DNA from: Synechococcus lacustris
GTDB taxonomy: Bacteria > Cyanobacteriota > Cyanobacteriia > PCC-6307 > Cyanobiaceae
DNA: 64,000 nucleotides
Assembly (NCBI GenBank): GCA_903943975.1
Contig: CAJAQB010000021.1
Location: 26,697-90,696 of the forward strand
Direction of reading: 5' to 3'
This document shows positions 53,302-61,016 of the stretch, in pieces (the first letter of the stretch is position 1; each line of letters opens with the position of its first letter). The notes under the pieces are model-generated. The model saw only the letters and a list, made by a program, of their open reading frames with translations. It ran no database searches and was not told where the DNA came from. Position numbers and translations under genes: made by a program.

Positions 53302-55143
53302 CTAGGGCTGGAGGGGCTCGTTGTCACGCAGGCCGGCCTGCACTCGCCAGAGCCGGGCATAGGCCCCCTGGGCTTTGATCAAGTCATCATGGCTGCCCTG
53401 TTCCACCAGGCGGCCAGCCTCCAGCACCACGATTCGATGGGCATGGCGCACGGTGCTGAGCCTGTGGGCAATCACCAGGGTGGTGCGGTTGGTGGTGATG
53501 ATGTCAAGGGAGCGCTGGATGGCGGCTTCGGTTTCGTTATCCACCGAGGCGGTGGCCTCATCGAGGATCAACACCGGTGGATCCTTGAGGATCGCCCGGG
53601 CTAGGGCGATCCGTTGGCGCTGGCCGCCGGAGAGGCGGATGCCCCGTTCCCCCACCACCGTTTGGTACCCCTGGGGTAGCGCCTCGATGAAGCCACTGGC
53701 TTCGGCCAGGTTGGCGGCCTTGGCGATCGCCTTGGGGCTGGCTTCGAAGCTGCCGTAGCAGATGTTTTCGGCAACGCTGCCGTGAAAAAGAAACGGTTCT
53801 TGGCTCACCAGGCCGATCAACGAGCGCAGGTTCCGCAACTCCAGCTCCCGCAGGTCGATGCCATCCAGCAGGATTCGTCCGGCGCTGGGGTCGTAGAGGC
53901 GCAGCAACAACTTCACCAGGGTGCTCTTGCCGGAGCCGGTGGCCCCCACCAGGCCAAGGGTTTCGCCGGCGGGAATCTCCAGGCAGAGGTCATGGAGCAC
54001 CGGGCTGCGGCCGGGATAGGCGAAGTTGAGCTTTTCGAGGCGCAGCTGGCCCTGCACCTGGGGGCGCAGCAGCTGGCGGGTACCGGATTTGATCTGAATC
54101 GGTTCATCGAGCAGGGCCATCACCCTGTTGGTGGAGGCCATGGCCCGCTGGTAGTCGTCGAGGGTGCGGCCCAGGCCGGTGAGTGGCCAGAGCAGCCGCT
54201 GCAGGATGAACAGCAGGAAGCTGAAGCTGCCAATGGCAATGCTGCCCTGCCAGGCCTGCAGCCCCCCCACCAGCAGGATGGCGATGAAGGCAAACAGGAT
54301 GGCGAAGCGGATCAGCGGAATGAAGGCGGCCGAGAGCCGGATCGCCTCGCGGTTGCTGCGGCCATAGGCAAGGCTTTCCTGTTCGAGCCGCTGGGCTTCC
54401 CAGGCCTCCGCCGCAAAGCTCTTGATCGTGAGAATGCCGCCGAGGTTGTTGGAAAGCAGGCTGTTGAGGTCGCCGGCCCGTTCGCGCACCTGGCTGTAGC
54501 GGGGGGCCAGCCGCCGTTGAAAGCGCAGTGATCCCCAAAGAATCACCGGGATCGGCAGCATCGCCAATAGGGCAAGGCTGGGGGAGAGGAAGAGCATGGC
54601 GCCCCCTACGGCCAGCACCGTGGTGATCAGTTGCAGGATGTCGTTGGCGCCGTTATCGAGGAAGCGCTCCAGTTGATTGATGTCGTCGTTCAGCACGGCC
54701 ATCAGCCGGCCACTGCTGCGCGCTTCGAAAAAGGAGAGATCTAGCTCCTGCAGGTGGCTGTAGCTGGCCAGCCGCAGGTCGTGTTGCAGGCTTTGGGCCA
54801 GCCCCCGCCAGAGCAGGCCGTAGAAATATTCAAATAGTGATTCCAGGCTCCAGATCAGAAACGACAGCACCGCCAGAAAAACCAGTTGCTGGGGAACGCT
54901 GGTAAAGCCGAAGCCCGTGAGCCAGGCGGTTTGTTGTTTTACCAGCACGTCTACGGCCAGGCCGATCAGTACCGGAGGGGCCAGGTCGAAGAGTTTGTTC
55001 AGCACCGAACAGCTGCTCGCCAGCCAGAGGCGCCGGCCGTAGGGCCGCAGGCTTTCGATCAGCCGCCTAAGGGGGGCGGTTTGCCATGGGGAAGGGCCCC
55101 CGCTGGGCGGGAGCCCTTCAAAAGCCTTCGCCGTCATGGGCAA
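53302..55143 (-). CDS. ABC exporter, fused permease/ATPase (MsbA/type I exporter-like)
   Basis: It has a six-TM ABC_membrane domain, Walker A 'GATGSGKST', signature 'LSGGQRQRIALARA' and Walker B 'ILDEATASVD'. It starts at TTG 55143 or ATG 55137. There is no C39 peptidase domain. Confidence 0.9.
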   Translation of the reverse strand: MPMTAKAFEGLPPSGGPSPWQTAPLRRLIESLRPYGRRLWLASSCSVLNKLFDLAPPVLIGLAVDVLVKQQTAWLTGFGFTSVPQQLVFLAVLSFLIWSLESLFEYFYGLLWRGLAQSLQHDLRLASYSHLQELDLSFFEARSSGRLMAVLNDDINQLERFLDNGANDILQLITTVLAVGGAMLFLSPSLALLAMLPIPVILWGSLRFQRRLAPRYSQVRERAGDLNSLLSNNLGGILTIKSFAAEAWEAQRLEQESLAYGRSNREAIRLSAAFIPLIRFAILFAFIAILLVGGLQAWQGSIAIGSFSFLLFILQRLLWPLTGLGRTLDDYQRAMASTNRVMALLDEPIQIKSGTRQLLRPQVQGQLRLEKLNFAYPGRSPVLHDLCLEIPAGETLGLVGATGSGKSTLVKLLLRLYDPSAGRILLDGIDLRELELRNLRSLIGLVSQEPFLFHGSVAENICYGSFEASPKAIAKAANLAEASGFIEALPQGYQTVVGERGIRLSGGQRQRIALARAILKDPPVLILDEATASVDNETEAAIQRSLDIITTNRTTLVIAHRLSTVRHAHRIVVLEAGRLVEQGSHDDLIKAQGAYARLWRVQAGLRDNEPLQP

Positions 55144-55693
55144 GGCAACGCAGCTGGTTTCAAAGGCGCCCTGGGGCGAGATTTGGTTTGGATGCTAGGA
55201 GGAAACAGAGAACTCGATAAGCACCGGTCTCGATAAGCACTGGTATGGGGTGGATTTTAGGGCCTTTTTCAGGTCTTTGACCTGGATCAAGGGATCTAGT
55301 GCCCTGCCATTGGCACTGAATAGCAATGCAAAAGGGTTACTGGTGGGGGGCCGGATTAAGGGAGCTATACCACTGTTTTTCGGTAAGGGTTCAGTGGCCT
55401 TGCTGCCGTTAACTCAGATGCTTCGCCTGGTTTCGGAACCGAACATCCCTTGGCAATGGCTGAGGTTCTGAAGGGAGAAGCTCAGGTGTACATTGCGCTT
55501 GGGCAATAGATAAGCGAAAACATCGTAACCGCTCCAGATCCATTGCATCGGCAATGATTCAGTGTTTGAGCTTGCTCAACTGGGGTGGAGTTTCATCCGC
55601 CATCGGCACCTCCTCGGATTGATACGCACACTTTTACCGATTCGCCAGGGGCTGCCAATAGGTGAAAGTGCCGTTGAGAAATATGTCTTTCGC

Positions 55694-55712
55694 CCAGGTC
55701 AGCTTGACCTGG
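55694..55712 (-). terminator. Perfect 8-bp hairpin 2 nt after the stop of the 95-aa secreted-protein gene
   Basis: ccaggtca(55694-701)/tgacctgg(55705-712) with a 3-nt loop. No clear U-tract, so it may be a stabiliser rather than a terminator. Confidence 0.35.
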
Positions 55713-55713
55713 T

Positions 55714-56001
55714 TCAGGGAGTGGTGTTGGGGAGCGCGTCTGCCGCTGGGGCGGGGCCGAAATCCAGGGTGCAGCGGTAGCGCAGATCGTTGCGCACCTC
55801 AAAGGTTTCGCAGGAGCGGTTTTGAATCACTGATCCGGCTGGGATCTGGCTGCGGGCCCTCTCTTCGGCGTTCTGCTGGCTCCAGATCGATTCCGCTGTA
55901 ACCGAGCCAGCCCGGGCGGCGGCGCTGAAGCTGCCCAGCCCCAGCAGGCTGCAAAGGGCGAACAGCGGGAGGCGGGTCAGGGGGCGGGCAAGCGGCGGCA
56001 T
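55714..56001 (-). CDS. Small secreted protein (95 aa, 2 Cys in the mature part)
   Basis: The signal peptide reads LPLFALCSLLGLGSFSAAARA|G. The mature region has C..C spacing (NRSCETFEVRNDLRYRC). Confidence 0.5.
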   Translation of the reverse strand: MPPLARPLTRLPLFALCSLLGLGSFSAAARAGSVTAESIWSQQNAEERARSQIPAGSVIQNRSCETFEVRNDLRYRCTLDFGPAPAADALPNTTP

Positions 56002-56049
56002 GGGAATTCAGTGACCGGGTGAATCAGTGACCTGGGGAATGGTTGGAAA

Positions 56050-56391
56050 TCAGCCCTTTGGCAGCACCCGGAAACGGCGGGTGGCCTCGAGTTTGCAGCT
56101 TTCCTTTGCCGGCGCAAACGGTTCCCCATCCTGGAGCCGTTGCACCAGGCAACGGCAGGTGAACACCCCCATGCCCTCCGGGGGCCGTTGGCCCGCCTGG
56201 ACAAAGGCGGTTTGGAAGCCTGCCAGGCAAAGCCTCTGGATGGTGTCGCCCTCATCGCTGCCGGGGGCTGCGGCAACGGGGGCAGCGAAGCCGCTGCCGA
56301 TCCCCATGGCGAACACCAGCGTGGTGGTAAGGGCCCGTTGGGCTGCCATGGAGGTCACGGTTGATACCGCACGATCTAACGGCATCTGCAA
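56050..56391 (-). CDS. Small secreted protein (4 Cys in the mature part)
   Basis: The signal-like segment reads TTTLVFAMGIGSGFAAPVAAA. The Cys pattern is LC...FTCRC...SC. The start may be the internal ATG at 56349. Confidence 0.5.
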   Translation of the reverse strand: MQMPLDRAVSTVTSMAAQRALTTTLVFAMGIGSGFAAPVAAAPGSDEGDTIQRLCLAGFQTAFVQAGQRPPEGMGVFTCRCLVQRLQDGEPFAPAKESCKLEATRRFRVLPKG

Positions 56392-56423
56392 GCCGTTGTC
56401 ATCGCCCAGGGTGCAGGTGCTAA

Positions 56424-58319
<1,896 letters not shown>

Positions 58320-58445
58320 GGAAAAAGGCGAATGACGCCGCGGGTTGGCCTGAAATTCCTTCGCTTCAGGCCCCGGCAGAACCCACGTTCTGATCTGCCT
58401 CGCCTTCTTCAGATGGATTTCAACATTCCAAACTTAACACCTCGC

Positions 58446-58790
58446 CTATCCAGGGCAACGGCCGTAGTCGTCGGCGAAGCGCTCGATGTCGTCTTCGCTG
58501 AGCAGTTCCCCCCGCTGCACTTCCAGGATCAGCAACCCTTCGGCCTGGGCCTCTGCCCGGTGCAGGCCAGCGCAGGGCACCTCAAAACTGTCCCCCGGCT
58601 GGGCCGCCAGTTGCTCACCGTTAATGCTCACCGTGCCTGAGCCCTGCAACACATACCAGTGTTCAAGCCGGTGGCGATGCAGTTGCAGGGAAAGGCGCTG
58701 GTGGGGGTTTATCGCTAAACGTTTCACCAGGTAACCCTCGCCGCTGGCAAGGGTTTCAAACCAGCCCCAGGGGCGATCGGTGCGGGCCAT
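58446..58790 (-). CDS. Cupin-domain protein (mannose-6-phosphate isomerase type II C-terminal-like)
   Basis: 'RPWGWFETL..GEGYLVKRLAINPHQRLSLQLHRHRLEHWYVLQG' matches the cupin_2/ManC C-domain pattern. Confidence 0.75.
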   Translation of the reverse strand: MARTDRPWGWFETLASGEGYLVKRLAINPHQRLSLQLHRHRLEHWYVLQGSGTVSINGEQLAAQPGDSFEVPCAGLHRAEAQAEGLLILEVQRGELLSEDDIERFADDYGRCPG

Positions 58791-58809
58791 CGGCGCTAGG
58801 GGTTCAGTG

Positions 58810-59010
58810 TTATTCGTTTAGGGAGCTGCAGAAGCGCTTGGCAATGGCCACCTCTTCTGCATTGAGCCCATTGGGGTAGGGCAGCTGTTCCCCCAGGGCA
58901 CCGTTGTTATTTAGATAAATATCTAAGCCCAGCTGGGTTTGCATGCAACTGCGCACCTCGGCAGGGGGGGTGTCGGTGAAGGGCACACCAAAGAAGGGGG
59001 TAATCGGCAT
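58810..59010 (-). CDS. Small hypothetical protein (66 aa from ATG 59010)
   Basis: The internal ATG gives MPITPFFGVPFTDTPPAEV... The track start at 59064 adds an A/P/R-rich extension. Confidence 0.4.
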   Translation of the reverse strand: MPITPFFGVPFTDTPPAEVRSCMQTQLGLDIYLNNNGALGEQLPYPNGLNAEEVAIAKRFCSSLNE

Positions 59011-59212
59011 CGGCCTGGGCTCAGTTGTGCCCAGCCTCGCTGCTGGCGGGGCTGATGGCCGCAATCAGCGGGGAAATTGCAAGGAAGTGATCATCGGCGG
59101 GGGGCTGCTTTGCTAGCTGAACTCGGCTGTATTGCCGCCAGCATGGTAATGGCGAATACTTGCACTTTTTTTTCTATGTGCTGCAATCTGGCTGAGTTGA
59201 TTGTTTGCTCCC

Positions 59213-59587
59213 ATGGCTCTCACTGGTCCTGCTCTTCTGGCAAAGGTTAAGGAACTTGGTGATCTCGGCAAATCGGAGATAGTGCGTAGCACCGGCTACG
59301 TATCCACCAAGAAAGACGGTGGCGAACGCCTCAACTTCACCGCCTTCTACGAGGCGTTGCTGGAGGCCAAGGGTCTCGGCTTCGGTGCTGCCGCTGGCAA
59401 TGGCGGTGGCAAGGGTGGCCGCAAGCTCTCCTATGTGGCCACCGTGCAAGGCAATGGCAATCTCTTGATTGGCAAGGCCTACACCAGCTTGCTGAACCTG
59501 GAGGTGGGCGATGAGTTTGAAATCAAACTCGGCCGTAAACAGATCCGCCTGTTGCCCGCCGGTGCAGAAGAGGAAGGCGACGAGTAA
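59213..59587 (+). CDS. Cyanobacterial AbrB-family regulator (cyAbrB, CalA/CalB-like)
   Basis: 'LTGPALLAKVKELGDL', 'NFTAFYEALLEAKG', a Gly-rich linker and the C-terminal AbrB/SpoVT domain 'VQGNGNLLIGKAYTSLLNLEVGDEFEIKLGRKQIRL' closely follow the Sll0822-type architecture as I recall it. Confidence 0.85.
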   Translation: MALTGPALLAKVKELGDLGKSEIVRSTGYVSTKKDGGERLNFTAFYEALLEAKGLGFGAAAGNGGGKGGRKLSYVATVQGNGNLLIGKAYTSLLNLEVGDEFEIKLGRKQIRLLPAGAEEEGDE

Positions 59588-59588
59588 T

Positions 59589-61016
59589 TCAGGCGCCAGC
59601 CATATCCAATGGGGGGCAGATCAAATCCACCCCCCCCCGGGCCCTGGTTAGGGCCGTGTAGAGCAGGCGGGGGTCCAGCCCCTGGGGCTGGGGCACCACC
59701 ACCACGGCCCGCTGGGCCTGGCTGCCCTGGCTTTTGTGCACCGTTAGGGCTAAGGCTGGCTCCAGCCCTGGCAGCAGTGCTAGCGGCAGGCGCAGCGGGC
59801 CATCGGCGCTGGCGATCAGCGCCTCCGGCTGGCCCGTGGCATTGGGCCGCAACACCCCCAGGTCTCCGTTGGCCAGGTTTAATTCGCTGTCGTTGCGGGT
59901 CACCAGCAGCGGCGTGCCGCTGGGCCAGCTCAAAGGTTTTTGGGGGTCGATGCCGAGGAAACGGCCGTTGAGCGCCGTCACCCCCAGCTGGCCCAGCCGC
60001 CGCGGACAAAGCAGCATCAACTGCTCCAACTGGCCCAGCAGCTCGGCATCGCTGCAGTGGCGGTCTAGGGCCTGCTGGCGCAGGCAATCCCGTTGACTTT
60101 GCAGGGCCGTGGCCACGCTGGCGGGGAAGCCCTGGCGCAAGTCATGCCAGCGCAGGTTGTCGTTGTCGCCCAGTTGTGCCAGCTGGCCTTGGAGGGCCTG
60201 GGGCGAGGCCTGCTGGCGCAGGGCGCCCACAAAGGCGCCAAGGGCGGTGCTTTCGTTGAAGCGATGGGAGCGCTGCAGCTGCCGCCAGCAGGGGGAATTC
60301 AGCTGCTGCAGCCGTTGTTGCAACGGTTCCAGTACGCCGGCGCCGCCGATCGGTGGCAGCTGGCCCGGATCCCCCAGCAGCAGCAATCGCACCCCGGCGG
60401 GCAGCGCCTCCAGCAGCGCTTCCAGCAGGGCGCCATCCACCATCGACAGTTCATCCAGCACCAGGGTGTCCACCGCCAGGGGCCGCTGGCGATTGCGCCG
60501 AAACTGGCCGCCCCCCGTGGCCTCCAGCCAGCGGTGCAGGGTGCCCCCCTCCAGCGGCGGCTCAAAGCCCGCCAGGGCCTCCCGCAGCCGGGCGGCGGCT
60601 TTACCGGTGGGGGCGGTGAGCAGCACCCGCCGGTTTCCCTCTTCTGCCAGTAGTTCCCGCACCAGGCTGGTTTTGCCTGTGCCGGCGCCGCCGGTTACCA
60701 GCAGGCCGCCGTGCTGGCTGAGCCTTTCCACCAGGGCAGCGATCAGCCGCTGTTGCCGTTGCCAGCTGCGACGGCTCCAGAGCCTGGGCGTGCCATCGGC
60801 AGCCTGCTCTAGTTCCAGGGGTAGGGACCCCAGCAACGGGGCCAGGGTTTCCAGCTCCAGGGGGGTGAGCCGCAGCGGTTCTTCCCCCTGGCTGAGCTGC
60901 TGATAGAAGCGTTCCAGCAGGCTGATTAGGGCCGGCTCTGCTGCGGTTTCAGGCCCAGCAGCGGCGGGAGCTGCGAGGGCCCACAGCCGTTCGGCACAGC
61001 GACGGGCGGCGGTCAT
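59589..61016 (-). CDS. recD: Exodeoxyribonuclease V alpha subunit RecD
   Basis: It has Walker A 'VTGGAGTGKTS', 'LVLDELSMV', 'LLLLGDPGQLPPI' and the C-terminal 'TVHKSQGSQ...LLYTALTRAR'. ATG 61016 forms an ATGA overlap with the recB stop. Confidence 0.88.
   Translation of the reverse strand: MTAARRCAERLWALAAPAAAGPETAAEPALISLLERFYQQLSQGEEPLRLTPLELETLAPLLGSLPLELEQAADGTPRLWSRRSWQRQQRLIAALVERLSQHGGLLVTGGAGTGKTSLVRELLAEEGNRRVLLTAPTGKAAARLREALAGFEPPLEGGTLHRWLEATGGGQFRRNRQRPLAVDTLVLDELSMVDGALLEALLEALPAGVRLLLLGDPGQLPPIGGAGVLEPLQQRLQQLNSPCWRQLQRSHRFNESTALGAFVGALRQQASPQALQGQLAQLGDNDNLRWHDLRQGFPASVATALQSQRDCLRQQALDRHCSDAELLGQLEQLMLLCPRRLGQLGVTALNGRFLGIDPQKPLSWPSGTPLLVTRNDSELNLANGDLGVLRPNATGQPEALIASADGPLRLPLALLPGLEPALALTVHKSQGSQAQRAVVVVPQPQGLDPRLLYTALTRARGGVDLICPPLDMAGA

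Noticed and set aside
55201-55207. GGAAACA motif considered as a sign of a Yfr2-family sRNA
   Set aside because: There is only a single copy, with no flanking stem-loop architecture that I can support. My recollection of the family consensus is not firm enough.
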